Shown here piece after piece: positions 54,129-63,977 of a DNA stretch of 64,000 nucleotides (positions within the stretch are counted from its first letter, which is position 1; every line of letters starts with the position of its first letter). The stretch is from an uncultured beta proteobacterium (GTDB lineage: Bacteria > Pseudomonadota > Gammaproteobacteria > Burkholderiales > Casimicrobiaceae). The notes beneath the pieces were generated by a model that was not told the DNA's origin, did no database searches, and saw nothing but the letters and a program-made list of their open reading frames with translations. A program made the position numbers and the translations under genes. The stretch is taken from the NCBI GenBank assembly GCA_963734085.1, contig CAVTFT010000015.1, forward strand, positions 69,912 through 133,911, read 5' to 3'.

Positions 54129-55189
54129 TGGAGATTCCTGCGCAGCGTTGGCTCGTCGGTGCGCTGCTCTTGCTTACGAGCCTGGGCGCGGCAGCGTGCC
54201 CGCTTTGTCTCGCCTTCGCGCCGGCCATCACCGCGCAGTATCTCGTTTACGCGGACCGCTCGGCGCTCGCGTTGCCGGAGACCGACGGCAAGCGATTTCG
54301 CGTCGTCGAGGTGATTCGGGGCAAGCCGGTCGCCGGCAGCATCATCGAGGCCGACGAAGTGTTCAGGCTCGACGCTTCGAGCGCTACCGGCAGCAAGGCG
54401 CTGCTGCTGTTGCGGCAGAACGAATGGGCGGCCTGGGTTAGCTTCGGTGCGATCGACGTCTCGCGCGCCGACTGGCTGCGCGGGCTCGCGGCGGGCAAGC
54501 GCGCGAGCGACATGAGCGAGACCGATTGGCAGGCCCAGGTCGCTGCGCTGCTGCCTTTGCTCGAGGACCCGGACCCACTGGTGGCCGACATCGCCTATGG
54601 CGAGCTGGCGAGCGCCCCCTATGCGGCACTACGCACGCTGAAGCCGCGGCTCGATGCGCCGACGGTACGCCGCTGGGCCGACGATCCGCAACTGGCGAAG
54701 CGGCAGGCCCTGTACACGCTGCTGCTCGGCATCGCCGGCGATGAAGGGGACGCGGTGCGTTACGAAAAGCGGCTCGCGACGGCGTGGAAGTCGAAGGATG
54801 CCGGGAACCTCGGCCCGATGCTGGCCGCCGATCTGGAACTGCGTGGCGCTTCGCGGATGGCGTGGATCGACGCGAAGTATATCCACGACCGCCATCGGAC
54901 CACGGCGGAGCTCGAGGCGGCGCTGCTCGCCCTTTCCGTCCATGGCAACGCGAACGCCGCGGTCCCGCGCGAGCGGGTGATCCGCTCCTACCGCGCCTTC
55001 ATGAAGGAACACAAGGCACTCGCGGGGTTCGTTGCCCAGGACTTGGCCGCATGGCAATACTGGGACGCGGTGCCCGAGTACCGCGCGCTCATGAGATCCG
55101 ACGTTTCGCAGCACCCGGCGTCGCGGATTGCGATCGTCGCGTACTTGCAACAAGACCCCAGCGGTGCCGCCGCGGGCACCGCGCAATGA
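54128..55189 (+). CDS. exported helical-repeat protein with N-terminal CPLC motif (unknown function)
   Basis: TAATG junction with the previous gene. Signal peptide MEIPAQRWLVGALLLLTSLGAAAC, then CPLC. Helix-rich repeats follow (LLEDPDPLVADIAYGELA..., DDPQLAKRQALYTLLLGIAG...). No family recognised. Confidence 0.6.
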   Translation: MEIPAQRWLVGALLLLTSLGAAACPLCLAFAPAITAQYLVYADRSALALPETDGKRFRVVEVIRGKPVAGSIIEADEVFRLDASSATGSKALLLLRQNEWAAWVSFGAIDVSRADWLRGLAAGKRASDMSETDWQAQVAALLPLLEDPDPLVADIAYGELASAPYAALRTLKPRLDAPTVRRWADDPQLAKRQALYTLLLGIAGDEGDAVRYEKRLATAWKSKDAGNLGPMLAADLELRGASRMAWIDAKYIHDRHRTTAELEAALLALSVHGNANAAVPRERVIRSYRAFMKEHKALAGFVAQDLAAWQYWDAVPEYRALMRSDVSQHPASRIAIVAYLQQDPSGAAAGTAQ

Positions 55190-56221
55190 AGCGTCGTCGC
55201 ATCCTCCCCTGTATCGCGAGCAGGCTAAGGCCGCTCCTGGCGCTCGTCGTCGCGTTGCTGGTTTGCGCGACGAATGCCGTGGCGCACGAATCGCGCCCGG
55301 CCTATCTCGAAATCCGGCAGACGTCGCCGGAGCGCTACGAGCTCGTCTGGCGTACCCCCGTGCTCTCCGGCATGCGCTTGCCGGTCGATCTCACGCTGCC
55401 GGAAGGCGTGCGCAATGTCACCGGTCCGCACACGCAGGAGCTGCCCGATTCGCTGGTCGAGCGGCGCGTGATCGAAGCGCCCGGCGGACTTACTGGCAAG
55501 CGGATCGAATTCGCGGGACTGCAGGCGACGATCACCGACGTGCTGGTGCGCGTACAGCTGCAGGACAGCGAGCACGCGACGACGCTGATCCATCCCTCCA
55601 AGCCGTGGATCGAGATCGCCGCGCGAACCGGACCGCTCGCGGTCGCCGGCGCCTTCCTGCTGCACGGCGTCGAGCACATCCTGTTCGGCTACGACCATCT
55701 GCTGTTCGTCTTCGCGCTGATGTTGATCGTGCGCAGCACACGAGTGCTCCTGCTGGACGATCACGGCCTTCACGATCGCCCATTCGATCACGCTCGCGCT
55801 TGCGACGCTTGGCGTCGTCCACGTGCCCGGGCCGCCGGTCGAAGCCACGATCGCGCTCAGCATCCTTCTGCTTGCCGGGGAAATTCTTCACGCGCGGCGC
55901 GGCCGGCCGAGCCTGACGGCGCGGTGGCCGTGGGTCGTCGCGTTCTCGTTCGGCCTGCTGCACGGATTCGGGTTCGCCGGCGCGCTGAGTGAGATCGGCC
56001 TGCCGCAGAACGAAGTGCCGCTCGCGCTCTTCGCCTTCAACGGCGGCGTCGAGCTCGGCCAGCTGCTGTTCATCGCCGTGGTGCTTGGGCTGCTCGCGCT
56101 CGTGAAGCGGCTTCCGCTGCCGCGAACGCTTGCGCAGCATGCGTTGCCCGCGGCGAGCTATGTCATCGGCACTTTGGCGGCGTTCTGGTTCGTCGAGCGC
56201 CTCGCGGGGTTCTGGACCTGA
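55186..56221 (+). pseudogene. HupE/UreJ-type (type 2) membrane protein, frameshifted near 55750
   Basis: Frame 1 reads signal peptide, AHESRPAYLEIRQ...GVEHILFGYDHLLFVFALMLIVRSTRVLL. The sequence continues in the next frame as WTITAFTIAHSITLALATLGVVHVPGPPVEATIALSILL...GLLHGFGFAGAL (ORF 55823..56221). Confidence 0.75.
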
Positions 56222-56291
56222 CACCGATGTGAGGCAGAAGCGGGCGGTAACCCCAGCAGCCCCGTGCATTCCGAGGGAGAGGAGAGCAGTC

Positions 56292-58483
56292 ATGTACAGA
56301 GTCGTTTCCATCGCGTCGTGCGTTCTCGCGCTCTTAGCGGCCTGGCCGGCGTTCGCGCAGAGAAATCCGGAGCGCAACGTCTATTACGGCGAGACGCACT
56401 TGCATACGAGCTGGTCGTTCGACGCGTTCGCGTTCGGTGACAGCGCCAACACGCCCGAAACGTTCTATCAGTACGCGCTTGGCAAGTCCGTGACCCATCC
56501 GGGTGGCTACCAGGTGAGGATCACCAAGCCGCTCGACTGGGGCGCTGCGACGGAGCACGCGGAGTACATGGGCATGATTCAGGAAGCGATGGATCCGAAC
56601 TCGCCGTTGCGGCAGAACTCGCCGCTCCTGAGCGGCGCGCTGAGGGTCGGGGCGCGCGAAGATCCGATGGTCGTGTTCAAGGCGCTCAACGTCACCATCG
56701 CCAAGGGGGTACAGGTCAAGGAGTTCACCGACCCGGCGGTGGTCGCCCCCGTCTGGAAGCGGATCGTCGACATCGCCGACAAGTACTATCAGCCCGGCAA
56801 GTTCACCACGTTCGCCGCCTACGAGTGGACGGCCACGCCCAATGCCAAGAACCTCCACCGCAACATCTTCTTCCTCGACTCGAAAAAGGTGCCGGCGGTG
56901 CCGTTCACGGCCGTCGACTCCACCGACCCGCGCGAGCTCTGGAGCTGGATGGACAAGCAGCGGGCCGCTGGCAACGAAGTGCTGGCGATCTCGCACAACG
57001 CGAACCTGAGCGACGGCATCATGTTCCCGACAGAGGTGGACGACAAGGGCCGGCCGATCGACAAGGCTTATGCCGAGGCGCGGCTGCGCAACGAACCGTT
57101 GACGGAGGTGAAGCAGGTCAAGGGCGCAGTCGGAGACGACGCCGGGGCTTTCGCCCAACGACGGGTTCGCCGAACTACGAGGTCTTCGTCTGGCACATCC
57201 TGGGGGCGAAGGGTGGCCCGCCGCAGGACTACGGCAGCTACGTGCGGCAGGCGTACAAGGATGGCGTCGCGATGGAGCAGGCGCGAGGATACAACCCGTA
57301 CAAGTTCGGCGTCGTGAGCGGATCCGACTCGCACGTCGGACCGTGCCCTACCGCCAGGAAGAACTTCTTCGGCGTGCATGGGACCGTCGAGCGACACGGC
57401 CGAGAAGCGCGTTGACGGGGCGACGGTGCTGGGCCTCAACAGCCTGTGGGTCACCCCCGCGGGATTGAGCGCGGTGTGGGCCGAGGAGAACACGCGCGAG
57501 GCGATCTTCGCCGCGATGAAGCGCAAGGAGACCTATTCCACGCAGCGGCGTGCGCATCCCCGTGCGCTTCTTCGGCGGCTGGGCGCTCGATGCCGGATTG
57601 CTGAAGCAGAAGGACTGGGTGAAGACCGCCTATGCGAGGGGCGTGCCGATGGGCGCCGACCTGCCGGCGCCGGAGGGCAAAGCGCCGACGTTCGTCGTCT
57701 GGGCGGTGAAGGATCCCGACGAGCGGCAACCTCGACCGCATCCAGATCGTCAAGGGCTGTGAGCGAGCGGCGAGCTCGAGAAGGTCTACGACGTCGCATG
57801 GGCGGCGACCGCAAGGTCGCGGGCGGACGGGCAAGGTGCCGCCGGTCGGCAACGGTCGCCGTCGAGAGGGGCACCTACACGAACAGCATCGGCGCGGTCG
57901 GAGCTTAAAGCCGTGTGGACCGACCCGATTTCGATCCGGGCCTCGACGCGTTCTATTACGCCCGCGTGCTGAGATCCCGACTCCGCGCTGGAGCACGATC
58001 CAGGCGGCGAAGCTCGGACAGTTGCCGCCGCCCGGCGCAGGTTTCCGCCGGCAATCCAGGAGCGCGCGTGGAGTTCGCCGATCTGGTACACGCCGAGCGC
58101 CGAGGCGCGCAAGGCCACCAAGCCCGGCATGACGGTGGCCGATCTGAAGCAGCAGGGAGCGGCGGCGCTCACCGATGCGCAGCTCAGGGAGTTCGTCATC
58201 GGCAAGACGGTCAACGTGCGCAACACCGTCACCGGACAGCGCTTCGAGATCCTCTACGGCGCAACGGGGCGGCGGCTGGTGACCGCGGTCGACGGAAGGC
58301 CGTCGGAGATGGCGCTTCGGGAGGCGGGCGAGCTGTTCCACGCTGGCGACGTTCAGTACGAGATTCACGACGGACGCCTCGTTACCAACATCTGACGGCA
58401 CACCGTTCGAAGTTACCGTGTACAAGCCGGGCGATCGATACGTGGCCTCGCGCAGCAACGAATTCGGCTACGTCAACTACGAA
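56292..58483 (+). pseudogene. DUF3604-like exported protein, at least 10 frameshifts
   Basis: N-terminus is intact (signal peptide, NVYYGETHLHTSWSFDAF...). From about 57123 the homologous peptide hops frames. The order is EVKQVKG, QSETTPGLSPNDGFA, NYEVFVWHILGAKGG...GSDSHVG, DTAEKRVDGATVLGLNSLW, GVRIPVRFFGGWALDAG. It continues NLDRIQIVKG, GELEKVYDVAWA, GDRKVAGG, KVPPVGN, ERGTYTNSIGAV, ELKAVWTDP, EIPTPRWSTIQAAKLG, IQERAWSSPIWYTP. Confidence 0.75.
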
Positions 58484-58591
58484 GGGTCGAGCCGGCTCGG
58501 CAGTGAGGGGGATTCGATGAAACGAGCACTGATTGGGATTGCCGGCACTCCTCCTTTGCGGCGGCTTCTCCCTTCTGATCCGCAGATCCAG

Positions 58592-59942
58592 ATGAAACGG
58601 AGACCAACGATGTTCAGCAAAGGTACACGCCGGTCAGCGCCCGAACGTGCAGTGCTCACCGCTTCGCTAGCTCTCACCGGGGCGCTGTCAGGTCCCGCCT
58701 TGGCCGGCGGAATGATGGCCTACGAGCTGGGCACCGCCGACGTGGGACTGCCTCGGCGGGCTACAACGCCCGCGCGCAGGACGTCTCCACCGTGTTTACG
58801 AATCCGGCCGGCATGACGCGCCTTGCGGGCAATCAGTTCCTGGTGTCGGGCCAGCTGTTCTGGAGCAACACGAAGTTCTCGATTGGCTCCGGAACGTCGC
58901 CAGGGCTTGGCAGCGACGATGGGGGTTACGCCGTCGGCCACGATGGCTGGTTTCCGGCGGCGGTGCGTTCGCGAGCTACACCGTGTCGCCGGACGTGAAG
59001 GTCGGATTCGCGCTTGCGGGCAACGTCGGCGGCGTGCTCAATTACAACAACGACTGGGCCGGGCGCTATTACGTTCAGCAGACGTGGATCGTCGGCTTGT
59101 CCTTGCTGCCTACGGTGGCCTGGAAGGTCAACGACAAGCTTTCGCTCGGCGCGTCGCTCAATGCGATGTACGGCGTCTACAAGACCAACGTCGCCATCAA
59201 CAACATCGATCCGGCCTTCGGCGACGGCCGGCTCAAGATGAAGGACGAGACCTGGGGCTGGGGCGCCAATCTGGGGCTTCTCTACGAATTCACCCCGGCA
59301 ACGCGGCTCGGACTAACGTGGAGTTCGCAGGTGAACCTGAACTTCAAACACCGCTGGAGTTCACGGGGCTCGCTCCGGGTGTGAGCGCGGCGCTGGCAAG
59401 GCTGGGTTGCTGAACTCGAGCCTCGCGATCGGGATCGAGATACCCGCAGACCAGCGATGGTGAGCCTCTTCACCCAGATGGACGACCGCTGGGCGTTGCT
59501 CGGCAGCTACGGCTGGCAGCAGTGGTCCAAGTTCGGCCAGGTCGAGATCGGCATCGACGACTCGACCAATCCGACCAGCCTCACGACGGACATTCCGTTC
59601 AAGGACACCTGGCATCTTGCCGGAGGGGCGCAGTATCGACTCAGCGATCCGTGGCTGCTCAACTTCGGGATCGCGTACGACTCGGGCTTCCAGCAGAGCA
59701 GCTCGCAGATCTCGCCGCTCCTGCCGATCAACTCGGCGTGGCGTTTCGGCGTGGGCGGACAGCAGCAGCTGAGCAAGACATCGTTCTGGGGCCTGTCGGC
59801 GCCGAATACCTCTACGGCGGGACGCTGAAGACCGACAGTGCACTCGAAGCCCGTCGCCCTGGGCGGCCGCGGCGACCTCGTCGGCTCATACAACAACGCC
59901 GGCGTAATCTTCTTCGGCGCCTACTACAACAAGGCATTTTGA
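58592..59942 (+). pseudogene. FadL/OmpP1/TodX-family outer-membrane transport protein, multiple frameshifts
   Basis: Fragments lie in successive frames. These include AYELGTADVGL, STVFTNPAGMTRLAGNQF, SPDVKVGFALAGN...GWGANLGLLYEFTPATRLGLTW, and MVSLFTQMDDRWALLGSYGWQQW...FGIAYDSG. The gene ends in GVIFFGAYYNKAF, with a C-terminal Phe. Confidence 0.7.
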
Positions 59943-59962
59943 CGAAGCCTCTGCGAGGACGG

Positions 59963-60664
59963 ATGCGCACAAGGGTCCCGTTGGCATCACGCCGGCACAG
60001 GTTCGCGCTGCTGCTGGCGCTGCTGCTCGTCTCGCTTGCGATTCAGTCGTTCGACGCGCGCCCAGGAGCCGGGGGATTGCTTTCCGATGCATCGCGAACG
60101 GTGCTCGGCGTCGTCCTCTTTGTCGTTGTCTTCGAACACAAGCGCGAACGAGCCGCAATGGCGATAATTCTCGCACTCATCGTCACGATCGGCTGGGGCC
60201 GGCGCCTTCTCGCCGCGAGCCTTGATCACACGGTGTCGCTGGGCGCCGACGTACTGACGGCGCTGTATCTCTGGTTCGCGGTTTGGGTGATCCTGCGCGA
60301 GTTGTTCCGCCAGACGGCCGGCGCCGAGAACGTGCTCGGCGCGATCTGCGGCTACCTCATTGCCGGTGACGCCTGGACGCGCGTGAACATGATCGCGTAC
60401 TTGCTCGCGCCGGCGACCTACACCTTTAGCCCGGACGTCTCCGCGCTTCTCGCCGATTGGCACGGTCGCCTCGCCCTGTTTTCACATTACAGCTTCGCGC
60501 AGATGCTGACGATCGGTTACGCGGACGTGACGCCGGTGCGCGCACCGGCGACGACGTTGAGTCTGCTCGGCGCCTTGTTCGGACTGTTCTACACCGCCGT
60601 GGTCGTGTCGCAGTTCGTCGGCCTCGCTCAGTCCAGAGGCCGCGAAATGCCGGGTGATCGATGA
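59963..60664 (+). CDS. small potassium-channel-like protein (pore TIGYAD)
   Basis: 233 aa and intact. Several TM helices, then pore helix and filter-like YSFAQMLTIGYADVTP, then a final TM helix. No cytoplasmic regulatory domain. Confidence 0.7.
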   Translation: MRTRVPLASRRHRFALLLALLLVSLAIQSFDARPGAGGLLSDASRTVLGVVLFVVVFEHKRERAAMAIILALIVTIGWGRRLLAASLDHTVSLGADVLTALYLWFAVWVILRELFRQTAGAENVLGAICGYLIAGDAWTRVNMIAYLLAPATYTFSPDVSALLADWHGRLALFSHYSFAQMLTIGYADVTPVRAPATTLSLLGALFGLFYTAVVVSQFVGLAQSRGREMPGDR

Positions 60665-60776
60665 TGGTCGTGCGCCTGACCATCCCGGTTGCAACGAATA
60701 GCACCCACGTGATGCTGGTGGGCGCCTGCCACCGCACCCGATCCTGAATTGGTCGATTAAAAAGGGAGTGAGATCC

Positions 60777-62144
60777 ATGACGACGCAATTTCCCGGCACA
60801 CCTCGCGATGCATCCACCGATGGTTGATTCTTGTACCGGCCGCGCTGTTCGTTGCCGGCTGCGCGACACACGAACCCGATGATGCCGTCGCCCAACCTCT
60901 ACACGGGCGCGCAATGCGAAGCCTCTGTTCGGCGATCTGCCGGCAAACCGGCGTACGCCGCCGCTCGAGCTTCTCTATCTCACGGACCGTACGCCGCCCC
61001 AGAAGCCGGATGATCCTGTCCCGTATACCTCCAACCGCTCGCGGTCGATGGCGTTCGGGATCACGACGGTGGAGTTCGGCGACAACGTCACCTGGGAGAC
61101 GCTGGTCAAGCAGAGCACCGCCGTGGAGCGCTCGCCCGAGATCGATACCAAGCTCGGCGCCACCACCGAGCTTGGCCGCTTCCCGCCGATTCCCTACCAG
61201 ATCACCGTGACGCCGGCGGGGCTGACGCGCGCGCGCGCGATCTCGACGCGCACGCGCAGGCCGAGAAATCGTTCCAGGACGAGCTCGCGCGCCGACTCGC
61301 CGCTTCGCCGCGCAAGGAAGTGGTCCTGTTCGTCCACGGGTACGCCAACACGTTCCAGGACGCGGCGCTCACCGATGGGCGAGCTCTGCCACTTTCTCGG
61401 TCGCGAATTCGTGTGCGCGATCTTCACCTGGCCGGCAGGCGGCTCGAAGGGCGCGTTCTTCGGCTACGACGTCGATCGCGAATCGAGCGAGTTCGCGGTC
61501 GAGCACTTGCGCAAGGCGCTGCGGATGGTTGCCGATACCCCGGGACTTCGAGAGGCTGCATCTGCATCGCTCACAGCCGGGGTACCGATGTCCTCGCCAC
61601 CGCGCTCTCCGAGCTCAGCGTGGAGGCGTACATCGGCCGGAAGACGGTCGGCGAGCGCTTCAAGATCGGCAACGTGATCCTCGCTGCGCCCGACATCGAC
61701 GCCGACGTGGCGCCCACCAAGATCTTCAAGGTGCTGTCGGACCCCGACCTGCCCTACGGCAGCGCGCCGGACCCGGAAGTCGTCATCAGGCCCACGCCCG
61801 GCTTTCACCTGACGATGTACGTCTCGCCCGACGACAAAGCCCTCGCCACATCGGGATGGCTCTTCGGCAGCCTGGCGCGCTTCGGGCGGGTCAATGCCGC
61901 GATGTTTTCGCCGAAGGACATCGCCGAAGCCCGAAAGGCGGCGCTCTTCGACGTGGTTCAGGTGACGGACGTCTCCGGCTTCATCGGCCACAGCTACTTC
62001 CATGACGATCCGCGCGTGAGCGCCGACATCGTCGCGCTTTTGCGCTATGGACTGAAGCCCAACGACAGCGGACGGCCGCTGGTGGAGATCGCCAAGCCGT
62101 TCTATCGGGTGCGCACGCCGGAGGAGATCGCGGCGGGCAAGTGA
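60777..62144 (+). pseudogene. DUF900-type alpha/beta hydrolase lipoprotein, multiple frameshifts
   Basis: GGGAG then ATG 60777. Lipobox FVAGC lies in a second frame. Further fragments include ELLYLTDR, MAFGITTVEFGDNVTWETL, VVLFVHGYANTFQDAAL and FVCAIFTWPAGGSKGAFFGYDVDRESSEF. The last is IAHSRGTDVL...ILAAPDID...MYVSPDDKAL. The fragments are spread over three frames. Confidence 0.65.
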
Positions 62145-62215
62145 CGCCTGCGGCTAAGAGGGGCGGCTGTTCTGCCGATCGTTGCAACGCTCATGACAAG
62201 ACCTGAGGAGACAAG

Positions 62216-62799
62216 ATGCAATCACATATAAAACGAATTCTGATCTCGGCATTCGCAGTCGCGGCGTTGGGCGCGGGTGTCGCGCACGGCAAGGAATGCA
62301 AGGGCGTCAACTTTCCCGACCAGGCCCAGGTCGAAGGCAGCAATCTGACGCTGAACGGTCTCGGCTTGCGCCAGGCGACCTTTCAAGGTCAATGTCTACG
62401 TTGCCGCGCTCTACGTCGCGAAGACATCGAGCGACCCGAACGCGATGCTGGGATCGAGTACCCCGAGCGAACTTGATCCTCCAGTTCGTGCGCAACGTCG
62501 GCGCCGACGATCTCCGCAAGGGATGGGACGAGGGCTTCGAGAAGAATTCCAAGGCGCAGCTTGCCGGCGCTGAAGGAGCGCATCGCGATGCTCAACGGCT
62601 GGATGGCCGATGTGAAATCCGGGCAGCGGCTGACGTTCATTCACAAGCCGGGCGCGGGAATCCAGGTGAATGTGAACGGCGCGGTGAAAGGACGATCAAG
62701 GGCGACGATTTCGCCAAAGCCTTCCTGTCGATCTGGCTGGGTAGCGATCCGCCGAACCCGGAAATCAAGGCCGGGCTCCTCGGCGGCGCCTGCGGCTAG
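62216..62799 (+). pseudogene. chalcone-isomerase-like exported protein, frameshifted
   Basis: Signal peptide MQSHIKRILISAFAVAALGAGVAHG, then LTLNGLGLRQATF. It then shifts to VNVYVAALYVAKTSSDP, LILQFVRNVGADDLRKGWDEGFEKN, LKERIAMLNGWMADVKSGQRLTF and GDDFAKAFLSIWLGSDPPN. Confidence 0.6.
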
Positions 62800-62810
62800 A
62801 CGCAGCGGCG

Positions 62811-63812
62811 ATGCGCGATGCTTCGCCGAACATCGTTGCGGTTGGATCCGTCGTGCGCGATCTGCTGCGGACGTTGATCGCTGGTATGCAGGCCGTATCG
62901 GCGCTGACCCGTTCTGGCGCCGAAGCGGTCGTCGGGCTGTGCCTTCGCGGCGGTCGCGGCGAGCGCGGCCGCGCAGGATCTCGAGCCAAGGTCCTACTCG
63001 AATACGCCGGTCGGCCTCAACTTCCTGGTCGGCAGGATATTCGTATACTCCAGGGGCGCGACGCCTCGATCCGACGGTGCCCTCACGAACGCCGACATCC
63101 GCGTCAACGGCGCGACGCTCGCCTACGCGCGCTCGATGGACCTTTGGGGCAAGTCCGGCAAATTCGACATCGTGGTGCCCTACGGGTGGCTTTCGGGCAG
63201 CGCGGAGTTTGCCGGTCAACCCCACGAGCGCAAGATTTACGGGTTCGGCGATCCGCGATTTCATGCTGTCGGTCAATTTCTACGGCGCGCCGGCGCTTTC
63301 GCTCAAAGAGTTACGCGGATTACCGGCAGGACCTCATCATCGGCGCGAGCCTGTACGTATGGGCGCCGTGGGGCCAGTACGACCCGAGCAAGCTCGTCAA
63401 TATCGGCACCAACCGCTGGGCGTTCAAGACCGAACTGGGGGTCTCCAAGGCAGTAGACGCCTGGACACTGGAGCTTATTCCGGGCGGTGACTTTTTTCAG
63501 CGACAACACGAATTTTCTGGGGGCCAGACCCGCTCGCAGGATCCGCTCTACTCGGTGCAGGCGCACGTAATCTACGGCTTCGCATCCGGCGTATGGGTCG
63601 CGCTCGACGGGACTTACTACACCGGCGGGCAGACCAGTCTCAATGGCACGCCGGACGCCGACAGGCAGTCGAACTCGCGGGCCGGGCTGACACTCGCCTT
63701 GCCGGTGGACCGAAACAATTCCGTCAAGCTCTATGCCAACACTGGCGTATCCACACGCACCGGCAGCAGCTTCAATACTTTCGGGGTGGCTTGGCAGTAT
63801 CGTTGGTATTGA
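62811..63812 (+). pseudogene. beta-barrel outer-membrane transporter (phenol-degradation MetA-like family), multiple frameshifts
   Basis: Fragments are AAQDLEPRSYSNTPVGLNFLV, NADIRVNGATLAYARSMDLWGKSGKFDIVVPYGW, YRQDLIIGASLYVWAPWGQYDPSKLVNIGTNRWAFKTELG and ...FNTFGVAWQYRWY (aromatic C-terminus). The stop lies 10 nt before the att repeat. Confidence 0.6.
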
Positions 63813-63822
63813 TTCGGGCGGC

Positions 63823-63866
63823 CTACGAACCAGGGGTCGTGGGTTCAAATCCTGCCGGGCGCGCCA
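63823..63866 (+). repeat. attR-type copy of the tRNA-Arg 3' half (44 nt, not a full tRNA)
   Basis: CTACGAACCAGGGGTCGTGGGTTCAAATCCTGCCGGGCGCGCCA. It matches 45958-46002 except for one missing G. No 5' half of a tRNA lies upstream. Confidence 0.85.
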
Positions 63867-63977
63867 TCTTTCAAAGGCTTAGCACCTCAAAACCAGATGC
63901 TTGGCTCGTCTGCGCGACTTTTGCGCGACCCTTTATCCACAGGTTAGGGTCGCGCGTCGTTTCTTTCTCGCTACGCA

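Larger units (their letters stand above)
46003..63822. mobile_element. integrase-bearing genomic island inserted in tRNA-Arg(ACG), about 17.8 kb
   Basis: Flanked by the direct repeat of the tRNA 3' half. A tyrosine integrase sits next to the tRNA. The integrase-proximal DNA is AT-richer. The cargo is unrelated to the backbone. Confidence 0.8.

Noticed and set aside
55186-63812. Frame changes in the island cargo as programmed recoding or overlapping-gene architecture.
   Set aside because: There are far too many, up to one per 30-100 nt. They affect unrelated gene families and lack slippery sites or stimulatory structures. Decay or consensus error is the simpler reading.
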